In this document: positions 1 through 9,000 of the stretch, piece after piece
Layout of the letters: each line of letters begins with the position of its first letter
Numbering within the stretch: the stretch's first letter is position 1
Source of the DNA: a virus
Lineage: Duplodnaviria > Caudoviricetes
Length of the DNA stretch: 62,573 nt
Virus record (IMG/VR): IMGVR_UViG_3300048576_000485
Coordinates: 1 to 62,573 of that record
Direction: 5' to 3' (one strand)
The notes under the pieces: generated by a model
The model's input: the letters and a program-made list of their open reading frames with translations, nothing else
Told to the model about the DNA's origin: nothing
Databases searched by the model: none
Position numbers and translations under genes: made by a program

Positions 1-127
1 GGCTTTCAGGGAACTCTTAAAGAATTCGAGGGGAAAGTAAATAAAACTCACAAGGATAATCCCCAGTACTTGGCTGAATATATGGGCTTCATTAATTATT
101 TAAAAATGTTAGGAGCCGCAAAGTGAA
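1..127 (+). repeat. 127-bp exact direct repeat, copy 1 (3' end of a pentapeptide-repeat gene)
   Basis: 1-127 is identical to 7541-7667 and diverges at the next base (c vs a). Confidence 0.95.
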
Positions 128-581
128 CATGGGCGGACGTATTTTAACACTAAAAGAAAGAGAAACAAAAAGAAGGCGTGAGGTGAAAGAGTTTTTATTT
201 CGAGGGAAAACAGAAGAGGGGAAATGGGTAGAGGGTGATTTAATCAACCTCTACAAAAAAACATTAATTGCGGGGCCTGATAGAAGGGCTTCTGAATTTG
301 ATGGCGTAAGCGTTGAACTTAATTGCTCCGAAGTTCTTCCCGACACAGTGGGACTATGGTCGGGTAAGACTGATAAAAACGGCATTAAGATATTCGAGGG
401 AGATAAAGTAAGGGTAACAATAGAGGGCCAAACATTTGAGTCTGTTGTATCCTATAATAGTCGCTGGAGCTTGAAGTACGTGGGGAAATGGCGTACAAAA
501 TATTACTTCATACCTACAAGCAAGAAAATAGAAGTTATCGGGAATCTCTGGGACAATCGTGAATTATTGGGGGTAAAATGA
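123..581 (+). CDS. YopX-family phage protein
   Basis: FRGK..GKWVEG, DTVGLWSGKTDKNGIKIFEGD and IEVIGN motifs; true start may be GTG near 183. Confidence 0.8.
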   Translation: MNMGGRILTLKERETKRRREVKEFLFRGKTEEGKWVEGDLINLYKKTLIAGPDRRASEFDGVSVELNCSEVLPDTVGLWSGKTDKNGIKIFEGDKVRVTIEGQTFESVVSYNSRWSLKYVGKWRTKYYFIPTSKKIEVIGNLWDNRELLGVK

Positions 582-814
582 ATAAGGAATATATAAAAGG
601 AGATACTGTAAAACTTGCAAGAGAATCGAGGGGATTAACCCAGATGCAGTTGGCAAAAAGAATTGGAATAACGCAGAGCAACCTGTCAAAGATTGAATCA
701 GAATTTAAAAATAATCTATCCTCAAAAATTGTTAAAAGATTGTCTACTGTGTTAAATTATCCCAAGAGTTTCTTTTCGCAAACAATTGAGCGCCATAGGG
801 CCATAAGTTATTAA
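578..814 (+). CDS. XRE-family HTH regulator
   Basis: ARESRGLTQMQLAKRIGITQSNLSKIE. Confidence 0.85.
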   Translation: MNKEYIKGDTVKLARESRGLTQMQLAKRIGITQSNLSKIESEFKNNLSSKIVKRLSTVLNYPKSFFSQTIERHRAISY

Positions 815-833
815 CAAAACAGAGGACACTTTT

Positions 834-1172
834 ATGACATTCGGCGAATATATAAAACAAAAACGCCTCGCAAGAGGTTATACATTAAGAGAATTTTGCA
901 AAACCATTGGTTACGACGCCTCAAATTGGAGTAAGATAGAGAGGGGCAGATTAAAAGTACCTTTGAGTTACCTTCCCAAAATTTCGGAGCTATTGGAAAT
1001 TAGCAAAGAAGAATATAACGAAATGGAAGATTTAGCTCATATTTCGCAAGGCATTATACCGAAACCGCTTACAGAAGAAGAAATAGTCCAGCATCTTCCG
1101 TTATTCTGTAAAGCGTTAAGATGCCCGGGAAAAGCAGAAAAACTTATAAAGTTACTGGAGGAAAACCTATGA
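834..1172 (+). CDS. XRE-family HTH regulator
   Basis: FGEYIKQKRLARGYTLREFCKTIGYDASNWSKIERG. Confidence 0.85.
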   Translation: MTFGEYIKQKRLARGYTLREFCKTIGYDASNWSKIERGRLKVPLSYLPKISELLEISKEEYNEMEDLAHISQGIIPKPLTEEEIVQHLPLFCKALRCPGKAEKLIKLLEENL

Positions 1173-1894
1173 GCAATTTGAATTATAAAGACGTATTGAT
1201 TTGGGATAAGATACTGAAAGTAGAATGCAGATTAGTAGAAGATGTTAAATGTGAAATGGGTTACGAAATTCACCCCTTTTGGGGGACATCGAGGTTGGTA
1301 GAGCTTAAAAGCGAGGAAGGAATTTTTGTCAGGCCAATAAAGGATTGCGAATATTATTTCCCGGTTGAAAACATTACAGAAGTTAACGGAAAACAAATAT
1401 TTAAGAATTTTCATCTTGTTTCCTTCGGAACTTTTCCGGGGGAGAAACATATAGGGATTTTTATTGGTAATTATTTGAAATCTCTTGAATTTGACTTAGC
1501 CCTGTACAGCCCGTCTTACATACCGGATGTTGAAATTGTAGGCAATATCAAGCAAGAAAAATGGTTTGAATTATTTAATGGGTATGGCTTTAGGGGCAGA
1601 GAATGGGCCGGAAAGATAAAAAAACGATTGGAGCACATTAGCAGAGGAACTTATAAAATTAATGAAGGAAAACTTATGAATGACATATTACTAATAGCAG
1701 TAACATTTTTTGAGGACAATGGAGCCACGGTGTCTGCAACAGACAGGGGAGCCATTGTCGCTGCGTTTAGTGGAAATAAAGATGAAGCATGCTTAATGGT
1801 TGAAGAAATAAAGCACAAATATTTAACGGCAGGATACCAAGTAAGCGTTTGTTACCAAAACGAGGGGAAACAATTAACCCAGAGGGAAATATGA
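1169..1894 (+). CDS. hypothetical protein with partial YopX-like segment
   Basis: ATGA overlap with upstream stop; NGKQIF...VEIVGNI. Confidence 0.55.
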   Translation: MSNLNYKDVLIWDKILKVECRLVEDVKCEMGYEIHPFWGTSRLVELKSEEGIFVRPIKDCEYYFPVENITEVNGKQIFKNFHLVSFGTFPGEKHIGIFIGNYLKSLEFDLALYSPSYIPDVEIVGNIKQEKWFELFNGYGFRGREWAGKIKKRLEHISRGTYKINEGKLMNDILLIAVTFFEDNGATVSATDRGAIVAAFSGNKDEACLMVEEIKHKYLTAGYQVSVCYQNEGKQLTQREI

Positions 1895-2196
1895 GCACAA
1901 AAGAGAAAAACAAAACTGTAATTAAGATTATCAATTACCTGAATGATGAAGTTATTCCGAATATTGACTCCGGCAACCCGGTATTTTGTGTAGAAGACTA
2001 TAAAAACATTCAGCGGTACATTGAGGAAGATTATCAGCTTAAAGCAATTCCTTCAGATGAGCAGATAAGAGATTTTACGCTTGGAAACGAGTTATGCAAG
2101 CGTAAAATCAATGGGGAAGTAACAACCTTGGCAGACTTAAAACATATTATTAAGCAGGCCCTTGAGCATTTCGGAGGAAAGAATGAGAACAATTAA
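1891..2196 (+). CDS. hypothetical protein
   Basis: ATGA-coupled ORF preceded by GAGGG. Confidence 0.6.
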   Translation: MSTKEKNKTVIKIINYLNDEVIPNIDSGNPVFCVEDYKNIQRYIEEDYQLKAIPSDEQIRDFTLGNELCKRKINGEVTTLADLKHIIKQALEHFGGKNENN

Positions 2197-2935
2197 AACA
2201 ATTCAGAATAAAAAAAACTACACGGATTGTTTAACAAGTGCATTCCGCAATTTAGGAGAGGCCACTATTGGCACGTTAGATACGGCTCTTTCTTTCATGT
2301 ACTTATTTCGGCGTTTCGGAATGCCATCATATACGAATAAGGATGATTATAAAATATTATACGATTATCGTTTTAAGTATAAAGAGCTCTATGTATTTAT
2401 TCATGCAAGTTCCCATGAGCATGTTTACTTTAATGTTTTAGTGCCTAAAAAATATACAGAGCCTTTTTTTGAAGGAAGACGAGAATATTACAGAAGAATT
2501 GCCAAAGAATCTCTTGCAAAAGGCATTTGTAATATGCCTTTTGCAGTGTTATCTTGGAGTGACGATGGACTAACAAGCGAACAAAAAGAAATTAACAGCG
2601 AAATTATGGATAGAGAGGCTAAAGTTTTTTTTAGCCCTGAAGATTATAAGCTTTTGACTTCAAAACAAACAGAAACTGAAAGTAAAATCAGTTTTCATAA
2701 AATGTTACGACCCTTTACGGATATGCTGCATGAGAAATTCAAAAACAACTTGTCTCCTGAAGATGCCAAAATACTTTTTAATAACAGGATAAGTTTTGAG
2801 GATGTTCCTGAAATGAAAGAGCAGTCCATATCTTTTTTTGAAGATATGAAGAGGGGGGTTTGCGTCAGGGATGTATATTTTAACCTTATCGGTTATGAAT
2901 CAAGTACAAATCAAATAAAAAAACACATAAAATAG
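2183..2935 (+). CDS. hypothetical protein
   Basis: long ORF; GGAGG upstream of ATG 2183. Confidence 0.65.
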   Translation: MRTIKTIQNKKNYTDCLTSAFRNLGEATIGTLDTALSFMYLFRRFGMPSYTNKDDYKILYDYRFKYKELYVFIHASSHEHVYFNVLVPKKYTEPFFEGRREYYRRIAKESLAKGICNMPFAVLSWSDDGLTSEQKEINSEIMDREAKVFFSPEDYKLLTSKQTETESKISFHKMLRPFTDMLHEKFKNNLSPEDAKILFNNRISFEDVPEMKEQSISFFEDMKRGVCVRDVYFNLIGYESSTNQIKKHIK

Positions 2936-2936
2936 A

Positions 2937-3395
2937 GTGAAGATGATGAATAAATATATGTTTAGGTTTTTGTTTGCTGGAATAGTATTAATTCTTTTTG
3001 CGTGGGCAGCCCCTTCAGCAATGATAAAAAAAGACATTATTGCCAAGTTTTGGTTTACCGACTTAGCCGCAGATACCATAAGTCTTTTCGAAAGAATCAT
3101 ACGAATATCTATGGTTGTGGTCGCCATATTAAACGTGTTATATTTTATAATAGCCAGGGAAGAGGAACCGGACAAAAAAGATTTTGAAATAATAAACTTT
3201 AATAAAGAAACAGCGCATAGATATAGCCTTAAGAATCAAAACGGGCTGATAGGAGTATTCGGGATAGTTAAAGAAGGCTTTAAAGATGTTTGGAGTAGTC
3301 CTCCCTACAGATGGTATTTTAGAGTCATGGTAATACTTACGATACTAACTATTCTTTACGTAATTGGAGCTATAATAAAGTTAACAGTGAGATAA
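2937..3395 (+). CDS. membrane protein (about 3 TM segments)
   Basis: three hydrophobic stretches. Confidence 0.6.
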   Translation: MKMMNKYMFRFLFAGIVLILFAWAAPSAMIKKDIIAKFWFTDLAADTISLFERIIRISMVVVAILNVLYFIIAREEEPDKKDFEIINFNKETAHRYSLKNQNGLIGVFGIVKEGFKDVWSSPPYRWYFRVMVILTILTILYVIGAIIKLTVR

Positions 3396-3600
3396 TGGAT
3401 AATAGCATTAGTTTAAAAGCGGATAGGGAATATCTAAATGTTTCGCGGCAATAGAACAGTCAACTAAAAGTAAAGGGGAAATAGAAGCCTGAGAAAGTAA
3501 TATTACCCGGTCAACCGCGTTCTGTTTATATATTTAAAGAATCAGAACTTGAAAATTTAAAAAATGCCAAGTTGAAAAAAATTATTAATATTTTTGAAGA

Positions 3601-3635
3601 AATTACTTGATAAGCTGTCAAGTAATTGTTATATT
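3601..3635 (+). promoter_or_regulatory. sigma70-type promoter with overlapping palindromic operator
   Basis: TTGATA(3607)-17 bp-TATATT(3630) with TGn extension; AATTACTTGA-N7-TCAAGTAATT inverted repeat at 3601-3627. Confidence 0.7.
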
Positions 3636-3683
3636 ATATATAGTAATTAAAAACATTATTAAACAAAACAAAAGGGTAATAAA

Positions 3684-4184
3684 ATGAAACATGCAATAGT
3701 ATTAACAACGGTAGTCGCCGGCAAGGTCACGACGTCAATAGAAGATAAGTTCAATACTTTTGAAGAAGCGCAAAAGGACTTACGTAATACATTGGATATT
3801 TATTATAATCCTGAGCAATTTCACAGGGGTTATGAGGAGGAGGAAGCAATACCCGGCTGGTATGACGCCGACGGCGACCTCCTTATTACGGACGCTGACA
3901 TCAATTCCGATAATTTCCGTTCCTTCTCCCTAAAAAACAAAACGTGGGAAATAATGGAATGCCTCTACACCGTTATTGTCGATAAGGTGACTGTTCCACA
4001 ACACCGCTATACTGGAGAAGCCAACCAGGAGGTGTCCTATCTTAATGAACAAGACAGCTTCGTTTCTGAGGAAGAGGCCCGCGAATATATTTCCCAACAT
4101 GAACCTTCAATCGATTGTGAAGGGTATTTTTGGTACCTTAAAAAGGGCGACGAGACAGTAGAGCAAGATGCCGTTTGGTTTTAA
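3684..4184 (+). CDS. acidic hypothetical protein (candidate anti-defence protein)
   Basis: D/E-rich 166 aa; first gene after the operator-bearing promoter. Confidence 0.65.
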   Translation: MKHAIVLTTVVAGKVTTSIEDKFNTFEEAQKDLRNTLDIYYNPEQFHRGYEEEEAIPGWYDADGDLLITDADINSDNFRSFSLKNKTWEIMECLYTVIVDKVTVPQHRYTGEANQEVSYLNEQDSFVSEEEAREYISQHEPSIDCEGYFWYLKKGDETVEQDAVWF

Positions 4185-4185
4185 C

Positions 4186-4410
4186 ATGGAAATAATAAAG
4201 GGCTTAAGGAAGGCCGCTAAGGTCTTGGGGGTATCTCGACAATACGTTCACGAATTGGTTAGAGAGGATACCCCGACCGGAAGGACATTCTGTCGCTATA
4301 CACAAGTGTGGAGGGAATACGAACCCCTCCTTGGTAAGGAGGTTTTTGTTTTCGAGCTAAAGGGATTGCTTGAGTTTAAACGAATATTTATTTCAAAAAA
4401 AGATAAATGA
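4186..4410 (+). CDS. small HTH DNA-binding protein
   Basis: GLRKAAKVLGVSRQYVHELV. Confidence 0.7.
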   Translation: MEIIKGLRKAAKVLGVSRQYVHELVREDTPTGRTFCRYTQVWREYEPLLGKEVFVFELKGLLEFKRIFISKKDK

Positions 4411-5024
4411 GGGACAAAATGTATAATTCGGAAAACGGATGCAAAAGCATCTACGAAACATATTACGCCGAAAAATTGGCGGAAGGGAAGGGGGTAGGCG
4501 TTAAAAACACGTTCACCCGCGTACGTTTGTCACAGAAGGGTATTATTATCGGACTATGGGCAAGCAGGCCGTTCGGTTGGGAGGATTGGCAGGTATTCCG
4601 AAAAATGGACGAGTGTTCATTTGACGTCGTTTACAATAAGACCACTGATAAGATAATAGTAACAGAGAGGGGCAAGGGTTCCGTTACTGATATTATTCGG
4701 CGGAAGTGGAATCTACGTTTCCCAAATGGGCAAGGCGAGTGTGTCAGCTTATTGGAGATGCGTCAGGGCATCGAAGTAACACAAGATGCCGACAACGGAC
4801 ATCCAGCAGAAAACGAATGTACCAGTAGGCGGGTAGAGGAAACCGTCTTCTCTATGGGCGGGGTTAAATACCTCTGGTATTGGGGCGGTGGACGTTCTAA
4901 GTACGGGGAAGTGAGATATTCGAAAAACTATAAGGGGTGGGAGTATTTCCCAAAATTTGGAGTCTGTAAACTAGATTGTGTAAATGGGGCAACTCTTGGA
5001 AGGGTTTCAACGAACAGTAATTAG
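4407..5024 (+). CDS. hypothetical protein
   Basis: ATGA-coupled 205-aa ORF. Confidence 0.55.
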   Translation: MRDKMYNSENGCKSIYETYYAEKLAEGKGVGVKNTFTRVRLSQKGIIIGLWASRPFGWEDWQVFRKMDECSFDVVYNKTTDKIIVTERGKGSVTDIIRRKWNLRFPNGQGECVSLLEMRQGIEVTQDADNGHPAENECTSRRVEETVFSMGGVKYLWYWGGGRSKYGEVRYSKNYKGWEYFPKFGVCKLDCVNGATLGRVSTNSN

Positions 5025-5234
5025 AAACGCATTTGAACGAGGTTAAACACGTTTTATGTAGCAATAGATATGCCAGCTACTATATAATATTGAGCGAAAT
5101 AAAACACAGTGAAAAAATAAATTACAGAATAAAACACACACCTCAAATTGCATTGTTTCTTATTGCTTCTCATTCTTTGAGATGGTTGAAACTAAATAAA
5201 CGTGTGTTTTAATTCAGAAAAAAATAAAAAACAC

Positions 5235-5263
5235 TTGACAATCGACAAGCAATGTAGTAAGTT
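5235..5263 (+). promoter_or_regulatory. sigma70-type promoter
   Basis: TTGACA-17 bp-TAAGTT with A-rich upstream tract. Confidence 0.6.
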
Positions 5264-5374
5264 ACAATTAGTTAATAAAAGCAGTAATTAATAAGTTCAA
5301 AGAAGAAGTAACGAAGCGGGAAACGAATAAAATACAGCTTGAAAGTGTTTTTTATTAAGTAAAGGAGATTTCAA

Positions 5375-5800
5375 ATGAAACTATATGAAGTTGACCCGAA
5401 TAACCTGCCGGTTGGTAAAGTTTTAGCTTGGAATGGGAAAGAGCTTTTAACTGGTTATCTTCAAAAAGATCCGCCGGGGGGTAATGAAGGGATAATAGTA
5501 TGTAGAGAATGTGAAGTATCCTTATCCAAAGGACGGGGAGTATTGTTATTGGCAAACGTTACTCACTATGCTTTGGTGTCCGAAATCGAGGCAGAGTTTA
5601 AGAGGGAAGCTAACAAGTATTATTATAAAGCAACAGGCGAAAAATGCCCAGCTATAGACAGAGATTGGGATATAGGGTCTTTAACTTGCGAAAATAAATG
5701 CCGCCATGAGCAGATAAATATCAATGAAAACTGGATTATCTGCCCTGCCCTAAACAAGTACAAAGCAGAACAAAATTTAGTTAATAAAACCAATAAATAA
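5375..5800 (+). CDS. hypothetical protein
   Basis: AAGGAG RBS; 141 aa. Confidence 0.7.
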   Translation: MKLYEVDPNNLPVGKVLAWNGKELLTGYLQKDPPGGNEGIIVCRECEVSLSKGRGVLLLANVTHYALVSEIEAEFKREANKYYYKATGEKCPAIDRDWDIGSLTCENKCRHEQININENWIICPALNKYKAEQNLVNKTNK

Positions 5801-5820
5801 CAAGCATAAAGGAGAGAATC

Positions 5821-6018
5821 ATGTTTTGTTTGAAATTCAAAAAAGCAGACGTTGAAGGGTACTTGTCCAAAGCAAGGGAAAACAAACGAGTAGTAGCAGA
5901 ATCAAGCGACTCCGTTGTAATTGAACCGGCGCTAACAGATCAGGACAAGGCAAAGCTGGCCCGGAAAGAATTAACCATAGATGAAATACGTAGCAATATT
6001 GACTCATACTTAAACTAA
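5821..6018 (+). CDS. hypothetical protein
   Basis: AAGGAG RBS. Confidence 0.65.
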   Translation: MFCLKFKKADVEGYLSKARENKRVVAESSDSVVIEPALTDQDKAKLARKELTIDEIRSNIDSYLN

Positions 6019-6028
6019 AGAGGAAGAA

Positions 6029-6214
6029 ATGCCGGGAAAGAACACCATTAGCATAGTAAAAAACAAAAGAACTACACTATACTTATCCAATGGTTTAGAG
6101 GTTTACGATTGCGCAACATCCCAGTACCTTAAAGCAAGGAAGACGAAACCGGTAGAGAAGAAGAGAGATAAGAGAGAAACATTTGATTTAGAAATATTGG
6201 AATTAAGGACATGA
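6029..6214 (+). CDS. hypothetical protein
   Basis: GAGG RBS; tight packing. Confidence 0.55.
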   Translation: MPGKNTISIVKNKRTTLYLSNGLEVYDCATSQYLKARKTKPVEKKRDKRETFDLEILELRT

Positions 6215-6405
6215 AAATAAAACATGAACATAACCAGTCCTGCCCATTTGGGCAACAAATAGAGGGAGTCCCGATTGTAGTTAATTCGGCTGCCTGCCAT
6301 AATTGCGAACACTTATACAGCGTAAGTAACAATGAAGTTGACTGCCGGTATGAAGAAGATGAAGAAGGAAATCAAGAGGTAAAAGATGAAGCAAGGACTT
6401 GGTAA
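6211..6405 (+). CDS. small Cys-rich protein
   Basis: C..CxxC..C pattern; ATGA overlap. Confidence 0.55.
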   Translation: MKIKHEHNQSCPFGQQIEGVPIVVNSAACHNCEHLYSVSNNEVDCRYEEDEEGNQEVKDEARTW

Positions 6406-6724
6406 ATTCAATAATTATACTGAATCCAGATTTAGGAACAAAAGAATTTTAGTTGGAGGCGGTAACTGGTTTAGGATAGTTATTATACAGTACTTGAAAA
6501 AGTTAGGTGAACAGCCATGTGTAAGTGAATCTGTTATTAAAAATCACATTGTTAAAAGTGAAATAAAGCTATCAAAAGAAACATTTCATCACATCGTATT
6601 ATGCGCAATGATGGAAATGAGTAAAGAGGAAAGGGAATTATTTATTGAAGATATTAAATATCTTGAAAAAGTAATCAAAGTGGAGGAGAATAGAAAGTCC
6701 AGGGAGGTAAAAAGTGAAAGCTAA
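6386..6724 (+). CDS. hypothetical protein
   Basis: GAGGT RBS. Confidence 0.6.
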   Translation: MKQGLGKFNNYTESRFRNKRILVGGGNWFRIVIIQYLKKLGEQPCVSESVIKNHIVKSEIKLSKETFHHIVLCAMMEMSKEERELFIEDIKYLEKVIKVEENRKSREVKSES

Positions 6725-6926
6725 AAAGTATTATAACTGTACCAGAGTCTTTATGGATTTAGCTATAATTTGGTGGTGTGTGGAAACAATTTTCTTCCAA
6801 ATCCGTGACGGTTGGCATTGGGACGCATTATGCCATGCAGAGCAAGTATGTGATAATGTGGTTAACATATTAATAGTTATCGATATTTTGTGTTTTATCC
6901 GCATTAGGGACTTAATCGAAGAATAA
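6714..6926 (+). CDS. small membrane protein
   Basis: GGGAGG RBS; two hydrophobic segments. Confidence 0.55.
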   Translation: MKAKKYYNCTRVFMDLAIIWWCVETIFFQIRDGWHWDALCHAEQVCDNVVNILIVIDILCFIRIRDLIEE

Positions 6927-7090
6927 ATAAAGCGAAAACATGATTAATGCAAAGTTTCTAAGTACTTATGATACAACAAGAGATTATGCACAGTATGAAG
7001 TAGAATATCCAGAACATAGAGAGATTGATGCTGAAAAATGGAAGGGCATGTTTTCGGAAATTTTAAAATCAGAATAAAGGAGTAATCAAA

Positions 7091-7666
7091 ATGAGAACTT
7101 ATACGAAAATAGAATTACAGGAAATCTTAGAAAAACATAAATTATGGCTTGACGGCAAGGTAGGCGGGGAACGAGCCAACTTGAGCTTTGCTAACTTGCG
7201 CTTTGCTGACTTGCGCTCTGCTGACTTGCGCTTTGCCAACTTGCGCTTTGCTAACTTGCGCTTTGCTAACTTGCGCTCTGCCAACTTGAGCTCTGCTAAC
7301 TTGAGCTCTGCTAACTTGAGCGTTGCTGACTTGCGCTTTGCCAACTTGAGCTCTGCCAACTTGAGCTCTGCTAACTTGAGCTCTGCTAACTTGCGCTTTG
7401 CTGACTTGAGCTTTGCTAACTTGAGCTCTGCTAACTTGAGCTCTGCCAACACAGATAAGAGATATATCACTATCTCTTGTGTTGGAAGTTGGAAAGATAT
7501 GACCACTTATTGTTTTGAAGACAATATAATATGGTGCGAAGGCTTTCAGGGAACTCTTAAAGAATTCGAGGGGAAAGTAAATAAAACTCACAAGGATAAT
7601 CCCCAGTACTTGGCTGAATATATGGGCTTCATTAATTATTTAAAAATGTTAGGAGCCGCAAAGTGA
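7091..7666 (+). CDS. pentapeptide-repeat protein
   Basis: ILEKHKLWL..G.RANL followed by about 18 A[N/D]L[S/R]x repeats. Confidence 0.92.
   Translation: MRTYTKIELQEILEKHKLWLDGKVGGERANLSFANLRFADLRSADLRFANLRFANLRFANLRSANLSSANLSSANLSVADLRFANLSSANLSSANLSSANLRFADLSFANLSSANLSSANTDKRYITISCVGSWKDMTTYCFEDNIIWCEGFQGTLKEFEGKVNKTHKDNPQYLAEYMGFINYLKMLGAAK
7175..7449 (+). repeat. 15-bp degenerate tandem repeat encoding the pentapeptides
   Basis: units such as GCTAACTTGAGCTCT and GCTGACTTGCGCTTT. Confidence 0.9.
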
Positions 7667-7667
7667 A
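7541..7667 (+). repeat. 127-bp exact direct repeat, copy 2
   Basis: identical to 1-127. Confidence 0.95.
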
Positions 7668-7834
7668 AACGGAATACCCGGAAGGTTGGTTGCTTGATGG
7701 ATTGAATAAGCAATATGAGGAGAATGATGAAAACGGTTAATTTATTTGGCAAAGTCCATGATGTCGCCGCCGACCTCGTTAAGATATTTACAATTATTAT
7801 CAGCTAATTAATAAATCAAAGGAGAGAGTTCAAA

Positions 7835-8137
7835 ATGGCAAAAGCAATTGAAGTAAATAGTTGTTTGGAATGTCTCATTGAGAGGAATAAACCATGTGAT
7901 ATGGATGCCGCTATGGTGTTTTTTGGCACTGACTACAAAAACCCCATTCACCCAAGATGCCCTTTGCCTAATAAAATGGAGCTTCCGAGCAAAGAAGAGA
8001 TAAATAAAATCATAGATGATTTTTGTTGCAAAAACGACTGGGAAGGCAAGGATAAAAGGTTAGTCAGCCTCGGCTTTGATAAGGCGATTGAACGGCTTAA
8101 ACCAAAGGATGGGGATAGGGGAACCTATGAAATGTAA
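7835..8137 (+). CDS. small Cys-motif protein
   Basis: CLEC...C...HPRCPL; AAGGAG RBS. Confidence 0.6.
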   Translation: MAKAIEVNSCLECLIERNKPCDMDAAMVFFGTDYKNPIHPRCPLPNKMELPSKEEINKIIDDFCCKNDWEGKDKRLVSLGFDKAIERLKPKDGDRGTYEM

Positions 8138-8417
8138 AGTATGTGGTAAAGAAGCAAGGCGGGTCTATTGTTCTCCCGCTTGCCAAAAATTAGCGAAGTT
8201 CAAACGAGAGTCAGCGCGAGAATCCTCCCGATATGAGAAGCAAAAGGAAAAATATGAAGGACTGAAATGTGAGCGGTGTGGCAATACCGGATTCATATAC
8301 CCCGATGCAGAAGGGCGTTCTCTTTACTGTCATTTTCCACACCAGAACGGGCATGTGTGTTGTTGGCATCCGGCCGAGTATAAGATTTCTAATCAACCAA
8401 GCAGGAAGGTGGCATGA
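8127..8417 (+). CDS. zinc-finger protein
   Basis: CKVC..YCSPAC and CERC..C..C. Confidence 0.65.
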   Translation: MKCKVCGKEARRVYCSPACQKLAKFKRESARESSRYEKQKEKYEGLKCERCGNTGFIYPDAEGRSLYCHFPHQNGHVCCWHPAEYKISNQPSRKVA

Positions 8418-8539
8418 AACACGCTTCCTTGTTTACCGGGATTGGCGGGTTTGATTATGCCGCTGAGCAAGCCGGTATAAAAAACATATTCAGCGTTGAG
8501 ATAGACGATTTTCGTAATAAAAGATTGGAGAAAAAATGA
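8414..8539 (+). pseudogene. truncated C5-cytosine DNA methyltransferase (41 aa, not in ORF track)
   Basis: MKHASLFTGIGGFDYAAEQAGIKNIFSVEIDD = motifs I-II only, then stop. Confidence 0.75.
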
Positions 8540-8985
8540 AAATCTTGGCAATAGACCCCGGAACTAAATCAAGCGCTTATGTTATATATGATACATCGAA
8601 CAATAAAATCCTCTGTTTCAATAAAGCAGATAATGACAGATTGCTGAACCTAACAAATACATTACCGGACATTGTGCTTATTGAAATGGTTGCCTGTTAT
8701 GGCATGCCTGTCGGCAAGGAAGTCTTCGACACGGCAGTATGGGTCGGGAGGTATATGCAGGCGTTTCATCTTGCCAATCCGATACTAATTTACCGAAAAG
8801 ACGTGAAGTTGCATCACTGCAATACCATGCGGGCTAAAGACGGCAACATCATTCAGGCTTTAAAAGACAAATACGGAGATAAGGGAACAAAGAAAAATCC
8901 CGGTTTTTTTTACGGATTTTCCGCAGACGTATGGCAGGCGTTCGCTATTGCCTCTTACTGGGCCGAAACAAACAAAATAAAATAA
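8536..8985 (+). CDS. RuvC-like Holliday junction resolvase
   Basis: ILAIDPG, VLIEMV and terminal ADVWQAFAIA. Confidence 0.75.
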   Translation: MKILAIDPGTKSSAYVIYDTSNNKILCFNKADNDRLLNLTNTLPDIVLIEMVACYGMPVGKEVFDTAVWVGRYMQAFHLANPILIYRKDVKLHHCNTMRAKDGNIIQALKDKYGDKGTKKNPGFFYGFSADVWQAFAIASYWAETNKIK

Positions 8986-9000
8986 AAGGAATAAAATAAT

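Noticed and set aside
1-127. Repeat pair as DGR template/variable region or terminal repeat
   Set aside because: The copies are identical with no adenine-specific changes, no reverse transcriptase is present, and the second copy is internal.
7175-7449. Possible CRISPR array
   Set aside because: Contiguous coding repeats without unique spacers; no repeat-spacer array was seen anywhere in the window.
7099-7591. Two repetitive minus-strand ORFs (KLAEL and AQVS repeats)
   Set aside because: They are antisense shadows of the 15-bp pentapeptide repeats.
7723-7806. Tiny ORF containing NLFGK, resembling the cargo tag
   Set aside because: Under 30 codons, in the early region and without an adjacent KS site; may be chance, and it shows that FGK alone is not specific.
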